Positions 46,289-57,034 of a stretch of 64,000 nt of DNA are shown here, one piece after another. The DNA is from an uncultured Chloroflexia bacterium. GTDB taxonomy: Bacteria; Chloroflexota; Limnocylindria; Limnocylindrales; CSP1-4. A program made the position numbers and the translations under genes. A model generated the notes under the pieces. It was given only the letters and a program-made list of their open reading frames with translations. It did no database searches and had not been told where the DNA came from. Each line of letters opens with the position of its first letter. Position 1 is the first letter of the stretch. The DNA is taken from NCBI GenBank assembly GCA_963741915.1, contig CAVUJW010000013.1, positions 523,791-587,790 of the forward strand, given 5' to 3'.

Positions 46289-49200
46289 CTACGTACCTGG
46301 CCCGGCAAGCCCCTCGCCCACGGCCCACGCGGCCACCTGCGCACGCGAGTGGAAGTCCAGCTTGGTGAGCACGTTCTGCACGTGGGTCTCGACGGTTCGC
46401 TCCGACAGCACCAGGGCTTCCGCGATGTCGCGGTTCGAGCGCCCCGCGGCGATGTGCCGGGCGATCCCCCGCTCCCGGGGTGACAGCCGGCCGGGCGACC
46501 GGGACAGGCCCCGGGCGAGGGTCGTCGCGCGCGGCAGCAGGGCGAGCAGGCCCAGGCGCCGGGCGTCGACCACCGCGATCGAGGCCAGCGCCGCCGCCCG
46601 CTGCCGGTCACCGCGCGCCGCCCGCTGCGCCAGGGCTTCGGCCAGGGCGACCCGGGCCCGGGTGAGCGCCGGCCCGAAGTCCCCCGGACCGGCCAGGGCG
46701 ATCCCGGCCTCGTAGTGCGCGATCGCCTCGTCGAGCCGGCCCAGCGCCTGCTCGGCCCGTGCCAGGAAGTACGCCGTCGGTCCGACCGTGCCCTGCGCCC
46801 CGGCGATCATCGTGCCGTCGAGCGGTCCCAGCCGGTCGCGCAGCTCGCCAGCCAGCTGGAGATCGTCGAAGGCGACGGCGAGCTCGATGCCGGCCGCCAG
46901 GGTCGGGATGGCCGGCTCGCGCAGCGGCATCCCGGCGAGCCTGGGCCGGATCGCCTCCAGGCTCGCACGCGCCTCGTCCACCAGCCCCAGCTGCAGCTCC
47001 AGCCATCCGACCACCGCGCGGGCGATCGGCGGACCCCCGGCTCCGGCCTCCTGGAGCATGTCCAGCTCCCCCGGGCGTATGCCGCGATCGAGATGGATCA
47101 GCGTGAGCTGCGCCCGGAACAGGGGCTCGCCCATCCCGTGCTCGCTCGGGGAGAGGACATCACGCGCCTCCCGGGCCAGGCGCTCCGCCCCGGCGAACCG
47201 CCCGAGGCCCTGGGCGAGGCCGGCCCGCGCCCGGAGCGCATGCCAGCGCACGAGTCGCTCCTCCGTGCGCGCGGCCAGCGCGTCCAGGGCGTCGATCTCC
47301 CCCTCCGTGCGCGCGGTGTCGCCGAGCTGCAGGAGCGCGTCGATCCGCCACAGGCGGCCGAGCATCTCCTGCTCCACCGAGCGGGTCACCGAGGCGAGCG
47401 CGATCATCCGGGCACCCAGCTCGGCTGCCTCGTCCGGATGCGCGAGGCCCTGGATCACCATCTGGCGGGCATGGAGCGCGGCCGCGGTCGTGGATGGGTC
47501 GTCGGCCAGGCCGGCGAGCTCGAGGGCCCGCTCGCTGTGGATGGCCGCCTCGTCGAGGTGGTCCCGGTGGAACAGGGCGACGGCCAGCTGGCCGTGCAGC
47601 CGTCCCCGCAGCGCGATCTCGCCCGGGTCCAGCGCGGCCAGGGCATCACGGCACATCCCGTCGATCGCGGTGTCGAGGACGTGATCCTCCACGCCGGTCA
47701 CGACCAGGGCCGCCTCGCCCAGGAGGTCCGCCCGGTGCGCCCGGCGCGCGAGCTCGCCGGCCCGCACGGCCACCTGCCCGCTCGACCGCAGCTCTCCCGC
47801 CCGGAACAGGCGCTGCGCCTCGTCCAGCAGGCGGCGGGCCCCGGCGGCCGGCTCGTCGTCCGCGGGGGGAGCGCCGGGAGGAGCGCCGGGAGAAGCCACC
47901 GGCGCCGCGGCCGCGACCGGGCGAGCGGCGCGCGGCCCACCGTGGGGTGCCGTCGAGCGACGGGCCAGCGCCTGGGCCACGAGCGCCGCTGCCGCCTCGA
48001 TCGTCATCGCGGCACCGCGCTCGGCTTCGGCCGCGTACTCCGGCCGGGTCAGGCCGGCCTCGAGCTCCTCGGTCGTCACGGGCCAGCGGGCCAGGATCCT
48101 CTCGGGATAGAACGGCGGCTGGTAGGCGCGCCGCCGGCAGACCGCCTGGTAGGTGGCGAACACCGTGGTCGCCTCGGCGACCATGCCGTCGGCGAGCAGG
48201 AACAGCGCCAGGTCCCGGATCACGATCAGGGTCGATGCCAGGTCGGTGAGGGCGAGGTGCTGCTCCAGGGCCTGCATCGACCAGCGGATCGCGTCCTCGA
48301 CGTCCCCTTCGGCGAACGCCAGCCAGCCCGCGCCACCGGCCGCGAGCGCGAGGTAGAACGAATCGCCCAGCACCCGGAACCTGGACACGAGCGCGAGCAT
48401 CGCCGCGCGCCCGGCCGATGTCTGCCCGTCGCGCGCCAGGCGCTGGGCCACCGTCCAGTCCAGGCGCGCGATCGAGCGTTCGTCGCCCAGGGCCCGGCAA
48501 GCCTCGATGGCCTCCCGCCGGAGGCGGGTCACGTCGCCGGCCTCGGGACCCAGGAACGTCGTGGTGTGGATGAGGTTGCACAGGGCGTCTGCCTCGCCCC
48601 TCGCGTCCTGCAGCGTTCGCGCCGCGGCCAGCTGCTCGAGGTAGAGGGCATGGGCCGACGTCGGGTCCGCGGACCACCACGCCAGGCCGCCGGCGGCGTC
48701 GAGCGCCCGGACCCGCGCGCGGCCGGCGGCGTCGGCCCCGGGCAGCGCGAGGACGGCCTCCACCAGCGCGCGTCCCTCGTGCACGTGGCCCCGCAGCTGC
48801 CAGAACCGCCACAGGGCCGCCCCCAGCCGAAGCCCGGTCTCGGCGTCCCCGGTCTCGATCGCGAACCGGACCGCCAGGCGCAGGTTGTCCACGTCGGCCG
48901 CCAGGCGGTCGAGCCAGGCAGCCTGGCCGGGCGACGTCATGTGCGGCGCCGCCGCCTGGGCCAGGTCGAGGTATGCGCGAGCGTGGAGCCGGCGGATCTC
49001 GTCCTCGCCGCCGAGGTCCGCCAGGCGCGCGGCCGCGAACATCCGGATCGTCTCGAGCAGGCGGAAGCGTGGCCCATCGGGCCCCGGCTCGGGCTGCACC
49101 AGGCTCTGGTCGACCAGCGTCGAGAGGCCGTCGAGCACGTCGATGCCGAGCTCGTCCGCCGGGCCGGTCACGGCGTCGATCTCGTCCAGCCGCGCTCCTC

Positions 49201-50617
49201 CGGCAAACACGGACATCCGCGCCAGCAAGCGTCGGGTTGGTGGCTCGAGCAGGTGATAGCTCCAGTCGATGGCACCCTCCAGGCTCTGCTGGCGCCGGGG
49301 CGCGTCGCGCCGCTCGGGGCCGGGCAGGTCGAGGCGGCGCGCCAGCCGCTCCGCGATCGCCGCTGCGGGCAGCAGGGTCATCCGCGAGGCCGCCAGCTCG
49401 ATGCCCAGCGGCAGCCCGTCGAGGCGCCGGCAGATGTCCGCGACGGCGACCGCGTCAGCGTCGGTGAGCTCGTACGCCGGCCGCACCCGCCGGGCGCGAT
49501 CGACGAACAGGCGCACCGCTGGGCTGGCCAGGGCGGTCGCCGCGGGGGCGACCGGGCCGGGCAGCGACAGCGGCGGCACCGGGTACTCCTGCTCGGCGGC
49601 CAGGTGCAGGGGGGCGCGGCTGGTGACCACGATTCGCAGCCCGGGCGCCGCGCGGAGCAGGTTCCCGACGAGCGGCGCCGCGGCTAGCACGTGCTCGAAG
49701 TTGTCGAGCACGAGCAGGACCGTTCGCTCGGCGAGAAAGCCGACCAGCTGCACCTCCACGGATTGGCCCGGCGCCTCGATCAGCCCCAGCGCGGCGGCCA
49801 TGGCCGGCTCGACCAGCGCGGGGTCCGGGACGGTGTCGAGCGGGACCCACCACGCGGCGCTGGCGTGGTCGGGCGCGTGCCGCCGGGCGAGCTCGAGGGC
49901 GAGGCTGCTCTTGCCGGTCCCACCCGGACCGGTCAGGGTGAGCAGCCGGTTGGAGGCCAGCAGCCGGCCCAGCTCGTCCAGCTCGCGATCGCGGCCGATG
50001 AAGCTGGTCACCCGCTCGGGCAGGCGCCCCCCGGCGCCGGCCATGGTGCGCGGCGGGGGGAACGCGGACGGCAGCCCGTCGATGACCAGCTGGTACAGGC
50101 GCTCGGGCTGCCCGATGTCGCGCAGCGTGTGCTCGCCCAGGCTCGCCAGCGCGATGCCGGGGGGCAGGGCTCGCTCGACGAGCGCCCGGGTGGCCTCGGA
50201 GACGAGGACCTGGCCCCCGTGGGCCGCGGCCGCGATGCGTGCCGCGCGGTGGACGTCGAGGCCGACGTAGTCGTCGCCGCCGAGCATGCCGACGCCCGTG
50301 TGGACGCCCATCCGGACGCGCACGTCCGCGTCGCGTGGCCAGGCCACGCCGGCCAGGGCGCGCTGCGCATCCGCGGCCGCGGCCAGCGCCTCGGGGGCCT
50401 CGCGGAACATGACCAGGAACGAGTCGCCCTGGGTGCCGCGCTCCGTGCCGCCATGCGCCGCGAACGCGGCCCGCAGCACCTCGTTGTGGCGGTCGAGGAC
50501 GTCCCGGAAGGTGGCCGGCCCCAGGTCGGACACGAGCCGGGTGGATCCGACCATATCGGAGAACAGGAACGTGATGGTGCCCGTGGGCAGGACGCGCTCG
50601 GCCATCGCGCGGAGCAT
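46289..50617 (-). CDS. class III adenylate/guanylate cyclase - P-loop STAND ATPase - TPR - LuxR-HTH regulator (1442 aa)
   Basis: TFLFSDMVGST...GDSFLVMF...GLDVHRAARI (cyclase), LTGPGGTGKSSLA (Walker A), long TPR-like helical repeats, and C-terminal LSPRERGIARHIAAGRSNRDIAEALVLSERTVETHVQNVLTKL. Confidence 0.85.
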   Translation of the reverse strand: MLRAMAERVLPTGTITFLFSDMVGSTRLVSDLGPATFRDVLDRHNEVLRAAFAAHGGTERGTQGDSFLVMFREAPEALAAAADAQRALAGVAWPRDADVRVRMGVHTGVGMLGGDDYVGLDVHRAARIAAAAHGGQVLVSEATRALVERALPPGIALASLGEHTLRDIGQPERLYQLVIDGLPSAFPPPRTMAGAGGRLPERVTSFIGRDRELDELGRLLASNRLLTLTGPGGTGKSSLALELARRHAPDHASAAWWVPLDTVPDPALVEPAMAAALGLIEAPGQSVEVQLVGFLAERTVLLVLDNFEHVLAAAPLVGNLLRAAPGLRIVVTSRAPLHLAAEQEYPVPPLSLPGPVAPAATALASPAVRLFVDRARRVRPAYELTDADAVAVADICRRLDGLPLGIELAASRMTLLPAAAIAERLARRLDLPGPERRDAPRRQQSLEGAIDWSYHLLEPPTRRLLARMSVFAGGARLDEIDAVTGPADELGIDVLDGLSTLVDQSLVQPEPGPDGPRFRLLETIRMFAAARLADLGGEDEIRRLHARAYLDLAQAAAPHMTSPGQAAWLDRLAADVDNLRLAVRFAIETGDAETGLRLGAALWRFWQLRGHVHEGRALVEAVLALPGADAAGRARVRALDAAGGLAWWSADPTSAHALYLEQLAAARTLQDARGEADALCNLIHTTTFLGPEAGDVTRLRREAIEACRALGDERSIARLDWTVAQRLARDGQTSAGRAAMLALVSRFRVLGDSFYLALAAGGAGWLAFAEGDVEDAIRWSMQALEQHLALTDLASTLIVIRDLALFLLADGMVAEATTVFATYQAVCRRRAYQPPFYPERILARWPVTTEELEAGLTRPEYAAEAERGAAMTIEAAAALVAQALARRSTAPHGGPRAARPVAAAAPVASPGAPPGAPPADDEPAAGARRLLDEAQRLFRAGELRSSGQVAVRAGELARRAHRADLLGEAALVVTGVEDHVLDTAIDGMCRDALAALDPGEIALRGRLHGQLAVALFHRDHLDEAAIHSERALELAGLADDPSTTAAALHARQMVIQGLAHPDEAAELGARMIALASVTRSVEQEMLGRLWRIDALLQLGDTARTEGEIDALDALAARTEERLVRWHALRARAGLAQGLGRFAGAERLAREARDVLSPSEHGMGEPLFRAQLTLIHLDRGIRPGELDMLQEAGAGGPPIARAVVGWLELQLGLVDEARASLEAIRPRLAGMPLREPAIPTLAAGIELAVAFDDLQLAGELRDRLGPLDGTMIAGAQGTVGPTAYFLARAEQALGRLDEAIAHYEAGIALAGPGDFGPALTRARVALAEALAQRAARGDRQRAAALASIAVVDARRLGLLALLPRATTLARGLSRSPGRLSPRERGIARHIAAGRSNRDIAEALVLSERTVETHVQNVLTKLDFHSRAQVAAWAVGEGLAGPGT

Positions 50618-50999
50618 AGTCGCTCGCGGTGCCGTTGCGGCCGCCCAGCGGCTCCTTGCGGACGGGGCTCGCGATCGGCGCCGCGGTAGCCGTCTACGGC
50701 GCCGCGGGCGTCGCGGTCCAGCCTATCGCGGGCGCCCCGTTCCCGCTCCTGGTCGCGCTCGTGGCCGGCGGCGGTCCGGGTGCTGCTCGACCCGACGCGG
50801 GTGCCGGGGACCTTCGCCGCGGCCATCGCGATCATGCTCGCGGTCGAGGCCGTCGCGCTGAGCCGGGTCCGCCTGCGCACCACCGAACCCGAGCCGGCCT
50901 GACGGGTCGCGGCCCGGGAACGGCGGTCGCCGGCCGAGATCGCGATCCTGGTCGCCTGGCGCGTGGGCGGGCTGCGCGGCCACGAGGCACAGGCAGTCG

Positions 51000-51165
51000 C
51001 CGAGCCGGCGCCCCGGTGACCGCGACGATGATGGTGGAGATGCCGTTGATCTCGGGGGTGACCAACCGAACCGGATCTTGGAGTAGATGAACAGCGGCAG
51101 CGTCGACGAGCCCACGCCGGCGTTGAACGTGGTCACGATCAGGTCCTCGAGCGACCTTACGCGTC
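51000..51165 (-). pseudogene. C-terminal remnant of an ABC transporter permease (PotB/PotC-like)
   Basis: [30 protein letters not shown], then (after a one-base shift) VTPEINGISTIIVAVTG. There is no upstream part of the gene; the 30-bp array begins about 60 nt further 5'. Confidence 0.5.
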
Positions 51166-51224
51166 GCGCACGCCCGGCGCGCCGCGGAGTCCTGCCTAAC
51201 GGAACGGCATCGTCGGCGCGCACC

Positions 51225-51524
51225 GCTGCTCGCCCAGCGAGCAACTCGGGCGCCGCTGCTCGCCCCAGCGAGCACGTGGCCCTGGCTGCTCGCCCCAGCG
51301 AGCACGTGGCCCTGGCTGCTCGCCCCAGCGAGCACGTGGCCCTGGCTGCTCGCCCCAGCGAGTACGTGGCCCTGGCTGCTCGCCCCAGCGAGCACGTGGC
51401 CCTGGCTGCTCGCCCCAGCGAGTACGTGGCCCTGGCTGCTCGCCCCAGCGAGCACGTGGCCCTGGCTGCTCGCCCCAGCGAGCACGTGGCCCTGGCTGCT
51501 CGCCCGGCGAGCACTCCGGCGGTT
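51225..51524. repeat. 30-bp tandem repeat, 10 copies (8 near-perfect, 2 degenerate flanking)
   Basis: The unit gctgctcgccccagcgagcacgtggccctg is in phase every 30 nt from 51255 to 51494, with a single C/T polymorphism (agcacg/agtacg). Each unit contains the hairpin TGCTCGC-CCCA-GCGAGCA. There are no spacers. Confidence 0.9.
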
Positions 51525-51902
51525 CCCTCGGGTCGCTGCACTCCCGGCGATCCGCCTGGCGGTTGGCGGCGGGCACATTCGCCGTCCCGCTCGCTCCGCG
51601 TGCAGGATCGCGGTGGACGATCGCCGGACCGCTCGAGTGCTCTCCTCGAGAGCAGCCGGGCCCCGGGGACGGGCGACCGCCGCAACCCGGAGGACCGGCA
51701 TCCGCCCCGAGGCAGGGGCAGACAACCACCCGGGCGCAACGCCAGCGCCCGACGGGCCCGACCCTCCCGTCTCCAAGGGGCCGCCCGGACCATGACACGC
51801 CGGCGGATCGGGGTGCACGCTCGAATGACCTCGACCCGGACGCCGGCACGGCGCGTCCGGGCCCCGACCCGTTGCTGCGCCACCAGATCCCGGAGTCCGG
51901 CA

Positions 51903-52928
51903 ATGGCTCTCGACATCGGTGTCCACCTGCTCGGTCGGTCGTTCCTCTCGTTGCGGGACTTCTCGGCGGACGAGATCGAGCATCTCCTCCAGCTCGCCGC
52001 CCGGCTCAAGGCCGAGAAGCGCGAGCACCGCGAGGTCCGGCGGCTGGCGGGTCGCTCGATCGCGCTGATCTTCGAGAAGGACAGCACCCGGACCCGGATC
52101 GGGTTCGAGGTCGCGGCCTACGACCAGGGCGCGCACGTCACCTACCTCGGCCCGACGGGCAGCCACGTGGGCAAGAAGGAATCGGTCAAGGACACCGCAC
52201 GGGTGCTGGGCGGCGTCTACGACGCGATCGAGTTCCGCGGCTTCCGCCAGGCCGACGTGGAGACGCTCGCGCGCTACGCGGGCGTTCCCGTGTACAACGG
52301 GCTCACCGACGAGGACCATCCCACCCAGGTCCTCGCCGATCTGCTCACGCTCCGGGAGCATGTCGCGAGGCCGCTCCGGGAGACCGCCCTCGCCTACGTC
52401 GGCGACGCGCGCGGGAACATGGGCGACGAGCTGCTGATCGGCTGCGCGACCATGGGCATGGACCTGCGGATCGTGGCACCCCCGACGGTATGGCCACGCG
52501 AGGACTTCCTGGCCGTGGCCCGCGAGCTCGCGCGCGGCAGCGGGGCCCGGATCACCGTGACCGACGACATCGCCGAGGGCGTTCGCGGTGCCGACGCCGT
52601 CTACACCGACGTATGGGTCTCGATGGGCGAGCCCGAGGCCGTGTGGGACGAGCGGATCGCGCTGCTGCGGCCGTACCAGGTCGACAGCTCGATGATGGCC
52701 GCGACCGGCAACCCCGACGCCCGGTTCATGCACTGCCTGCCGGCCTTCCACGACCTCGAGACCGAGGTCGGCCGGAAGATGTTCGAGCGCCACGGGCTGA
52801 CCTCATTGGAGGTCACCGACGAGGTGTTCGAATCGCCGGCGTCGATCGTGTTCGACCAGGCCGCCAACCGGATGCACACGATCAAGGCCGTGCTGGTGGC
52901 GACGCTGGCCGGCCTGGACGCCTCCTGA
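51903..52928 (+). CDS. argF: ornithine carbamoyltransferase
   Basis: [30 protein letters not shown] (ornithine SMG loop), FMHCLPAFH. It is likely the catabolic arcB type, given the adjacent carbamate kinase. Confidence 0.85.
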   Translation: MALDIGVHLLGRSFLSLRDFSADEIEHLLQLAARLKAEKREHREVRRLAGRSIALIFEKDSTRTRIGFEVAAYDQGAHVTYLGPTGSHVGKKESVKDTARVLGGVYDAIEFRGFRQADVETLARYAGVPVYNGLTDEDHPTQVLADLLTLREHVARPLRETALAYVGDARGNMGDELLIGCATMGMDLRIVAPPTVWPREDFLAVARELARGSGARITVTDDIAEGVRGADAVYTDVWVSMGEPEAVWDERIALLRPYQVDSSMMAATGNPDARFMHCLPAFHDLETEVGRKMFERHGLTSLEVTDEVFESPASIVFDQAANRMHTIKAVLVATLAGLDAS

Positions 52929-53890
52929 TGCGGGTCGTCGCCGCGCTCGGCGGCAACGCGCTCCTCCGCCGGGGGGAGCCGATGACGGCCGAGAACCAGC
53001 GCGCCAATGTGGCGCTCGCCGCGCGGGCGCTGCTGCCCATCGCCCTGGAGCATGACCTGGTCCTGACCCACGGGAACGGGCCACAGGTGGGGCTGCTGTC
53101 GCTCCAGAACGCCGCGTACCGGCCGGACGAGGAGTACCCGCTGGACATCCTGGACGCGGAGACCGAGGGCATGATCGGCTACCTGCTCGAACAGGAGCTG
53201 GGCAACCTGCTCCCGCCCGGGCGATCGATGGCCACCCTGTTGACCCGGATCGAGGTGGACCCCGCGGACCCGGCGTTCGCACGGCCGACCAAGCCGATCG
53301 GTCCCGTCTACGACCGGGCGGAGGCCGAGCGCCACGCCGCGGAGAAGGCGTGGACGATCGCCCCCGACGGCAACCGCTGGCGGCGCGTTGTGCCGTCCCC
53401 CCAGCCGCGCCGGATCCTCGAGCTGCCCGTGATCGACCTCCTGGTGCGCGAGGGGGTGATCGTCGTTTGCGCCGGCGGTGGCGGGATCCCGGTCGTTCGC
53501 TCGGCCGCCGGCCGCTACGAGGGCATCGAGGCCGTGATCGACAAGGACTTCGCGGGTGCGCTGCTGGCCACGTCGCTCCGCGCCGATGCGTTCCTGATGC
53601 TCACCGACGTGAACGCGGTCTACGACGGCTGGGGGACGCCGGAGGCGCTGCCGATCCAGCGAGCCTCACCCGGCGACATGGCCGGGCGCTCGTTCGCGGC
53701 CGGATCGATGGGTCCCAAGGTGGAGGCGGCGTGCCGGTTCGTCGGTTCCGGTCCCGGGTTCGCGGCGATCGGCTCGCTGGGCGATGCGGGCGCGATGCTG
53801 CGCGGCGAGGCGGGCACCCTGATCGCGGGCTCGGTCGCGCAGCTGGAGTGGGGGACGACGCCCGAGCTCGTGACCGCCGGACCCTCGTGA
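52928..53890 (+). CDS. arcC: carbamate kinase
   Basis: VAALGGNALL, THGNGPQVG, GGGGIPV, VIDKDFAGALLA. The start overlaps the argF stop (TGATG). Confidence 0.85.
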   Translation: MRVVAALGGNALLRRGEPMTAENQRANVALAARALLPIALEHDLVLTHGNGPQVGLLSLQNAAYRPDEEYPLDILDAETEGMIGYLLEQELGNLLPPGRSMATLLTRIEVDPADPAFARPTKPIGPVYDRAEAERHAAEKAWTIAPDGNRWRRVVPSPQPRRILELPVIDLLVREGVIVVCAGGGGIPVVRSAAGRYEGIEAVIDKDFAGALLATSLRADAFLMLTDVNAVYDGWGTPEALPIQRASPGDMAGRSFAAGSMGPKVEAACRFVGSGPGFAAIGSLGDAGAMLRGEAGTLIAGSVAQLEWGTTPELVTAGPS

Positions 53891-54023
53891 CCGCCCGACC
53901 GCAGTGACCGGCGGGGTCCCCCGTGATGCCCCAGCGGCGCCGCCGGTCGGCCGTGACAGGGTGGTGCGGGATCCCTATCCTGCCTGCGGTCGCCCTGCGC
54001 AGGCGCGGCTCGAGGAGGTTCCC

Positions 54024-54410
54024 ATGCTGTCCGACCGACGCGTCCACACGATCATTCCCACCGCCGATCTCGACGCGGCACCCGACTTCTACGAGGGCAC
54101 CCTCGGCTTCGTCCCGCTGCAGGAGATCCACGGCGCCGTGATGTACCAGGCGGGCCAGGGCTCGCTGTTCGCCGTCTCGCGAAGCTCGGGCCGCGCCTCG
54201 GGCAGCCACACCCAGATGGCGTTCACGACCCCCGACATCGAGGCGGAGGTCGCGGAGCTGCGATCCCGCGGCGTGACGTTCAAGGACTACGACTTCCCGT
54301 CGCTGACGACCGTGGACGGGATCGCCCCGATGGGCCCCAACCGGGCCGCCTGGTTCGCCGACCCGGACGCCAACCTGATCGGCCTGATCGAGCTCGGCAC
54401 GGGCGCCTGA
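54024..54410 (+). CDS. VOC/glyoxalase-family protein
   Basis: ATG follows the RBS gaggagg. VHTIIPTADLDAAPDFYEGTLGF...WFADPDANLIGLIE. Confidence 0.7.
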   Translation: MLSDRRVHTIIPTADLDAAPDFYEGTLGFVPLQEIHGAVMYQAGQGSLFAVSRSSGRASGSHTQMAFTTPDIEAEVAELRSRGVTFKDYDFPSLTTVDGIAPMGPNRAAWFADPDANLIGLIELGTGA

Positions 54411-54420
54411 TCCGGTCGCG

Positions 54421-55320
54421 TCAGGGGCGCGGTCGGGTCCGTGCCGCGATCCGGGCGATCGCGCCCTCCCAGCCGGCGTCGAACCGCCGGCCCGGCGCGT
54501 CGAGGTCGATGACAACCGGGGCATGGTCCGACGGGACCGGCGGTCCCTTGCGCGCCTCGCGGTCGATCTCGGCCCAGACGACCCGCGCGGCCACCGGTGC
54601 CGTCGCGTACAGCAGGTCGATCCGCATTCCCTCGTTGCGGTGGAAGTTGCCGGCCCGGTAGTCCCACCATGAGAACCGGCCGGCCTCGGGCCGCTGCGAG
54701 CGGTAGGCGTCCACGAGGCCCCATTCGCGCAGCCGGGCGAGCGCCGCGCGCTCGGCCTCGGACACGTGCGTGCCACCGTGCGCCTTGACCGCGTCCCACA
54801 CGTCCTCGTCGGCCGGCGTGACGTTGAGGTCGCCGCCGAGCACCAGCGGCTCGTAGGGCGAGCGCGTCTCGGCCAGCCAGCGCGCCAGCCGCTCGAACCA
54901 GCGCAGCTTGCCCTCGTAGAAGGGCGAGCCCACCACCCGGCCGTTGGGCGCATACAGGCTGACGACGCGAATCCCGCCGCACACCGCGGACACCATCCGG
55001 GCCTCGTCGAACGGGTCGAAGTCGTCCTCGGACACGACGATCCCGGCTCCGGCCGATGAGTCGCGGACAGGGCCGTCGCCGAAGTTGGTGATCACGTCCT
55101 GCGCCCCCACCCGGGTCAGGATCCCGACCCCGTTCCAACGACCCTCGCCATGGTGTACCAGCTCGTAGCCCAGCATCCGGAACGGCATCACCGGCGCATC
55201 GGCGTCCGAGAGCTTGGTCTCCTGGATCAGGAGCAGGTCCGGCTCGGCTCGCCCGAGCCAGCGCTCGACGGCCTCCATCCGGGCCTTGAGCGAGTTGACG
55301 TTCCAGGTGGCGATGCGCAT
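54421..55320 (-). CDS. xthA: exodeoxyribonuclease III
   Basis: MRIATWNVNSLKAR, LLLIQETK, GDLNV, WDYR, RIDLL, SDHAPV. Confidence 0.85.
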   Translation of the reverse strand: MRIATWNVNSLKARMEAVERWLGRAEPDLLLIQETKLSDADAPVMPFRMLGYELVHHGEGRWNGVGILTRVGAQDVITNFGDGPVRDSSAGAGIVVSEDDFDPFDEARMVSAVCGGIRVVSLYAPNGRVVGSPFYEGKLRWFERLARWLAETRSPYEPLVLGGDLNVTPADEDVWDAVKAHGGTHVSEAERAALARLREWGLVDAYRSQRPEAGRFSWWDYRAGNFHRNEGMRIDLLYATAPVAARVVWAEIDREARKGPPVPSDHAPVVIDLDAPGRRFDAGWEGAIARIAARTRPRP

Positions 55321-55739
55321 GGCGGCAGCGTAGCGCCCCGGCACGACCGGGGCGACCGCGCCATCGCGCCGCAGGTGCTCGGCTGTCTGAACCGTACTGA
55401 CTTTGGTGGAGACTCCATCGCTTTGCAGGAAGATGGAGTCCATGAACGAGCCAACCCGTCCCCACCCGTCACAGCGGCGATACCCGCCTGAGCTCAAGGA
55501 ACGCGCCGTCCGGATGGTGCTCGAGCGGATGGCCGAGACCGGCGAGCGCCACGGTGCGGTCGTGCGCGTCGCCGGCCAGCTCGGCATCGGCACCGAGTCG
55601 CTCCGCCGCTGGGTCATCCAGGCCGAGATCGACCGGGGCACCAAAGTCGGTCTGACGACCGAGGAGCGGGCCCGGATGAAGGAGCTCGAGCGGGAGAACC
55701 GCGAGCTGCGCCGGGCCAACGAGATCCTCAAGAGCGCCG

Positions 55740-56673
<934 letters not shown>

Positions 56674-56906
56674 TTCCAACCGTCAGGGTCTCCACGAAAC
56701 CCAGGGCGGTTCAGTCGATCCACGGCAGCGCCGCGTCTCCAGCGACGGGCTCCGGGTGCGCCGCGTCGCCAGTCACGCCTCTCCCGAGTGCAATCTCACG
56801 CGACGCCGCCGAACGGTGCCCGATTCTCGTCACTTACCCACCGCAGGCGTCACTGGAGGGTTTGGCGGCCATACCGCTGGATAGCACTCACTCGGGTGGT
56901 GAATGG

Positions 56907-57020
56907 GGCGCGGGCGCGTTCAGGCGCCCGCGCCGAGGCTCGCGCCGCGCCCGGCTCGCGCCGCGCCGAGGCCCGCGCCGCGCCCGGCTCGCGCCGCGCC
57001 CGGCTCGCGCCGCGCCCCGA
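56907..57020. repeat. GC-rich hairpin plus tandem ~16/33-bp repeats
   Basis: Hairpin GGCGCGGGCGC-gttcag-GCGCCCGCGCC at 56907-56934, then about 5 copies of (c)ggctcgcgccgcgcc up to about 57020. This lies 3' of the minus-strand ACT-domain gene. Confidence 0.6.
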
Positions 57021-57034
57021 CGGCGCTCCCCGGC

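Noticed and set aside
50629-50902. Possible small membrane protein (GLAIGAAVAVYGAAGVAV...PLLVALVAGG then VRVLLDPTRVPGTFAAAIAIMLAVEAVAL after a frame change)
   Set aside because: It needs a frameshift, has no RBS, and its start is only 11 nt from the divergent LuxR start. Hydrophobic Ala/Val/Gly runs arise easily in GC-rich DNA, so support is insufficient for a feature call.
51225-51524. Possible CRISPR array (regular 30-bp periodicity)
   Set aside because: The repeats are directly adjacent with no unique spacers, so every 30-mer is the same sequence. No cas genes are in the window. It is a tandem minisatellite, not a CRISPR.
51087-51902. N-terminal extension of the 613-aa ORF, with [10 protein letters not shown] decapeptide repeats, fused to ornithine carbamoyltransferase
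   Set aside because: The repeat period is a multiple of three, so all six frames are open through it. The OTC homology starts cleanly at the ATG at 51903 ([14 protein letters not shown]), and the upstream translation is low-complexity.
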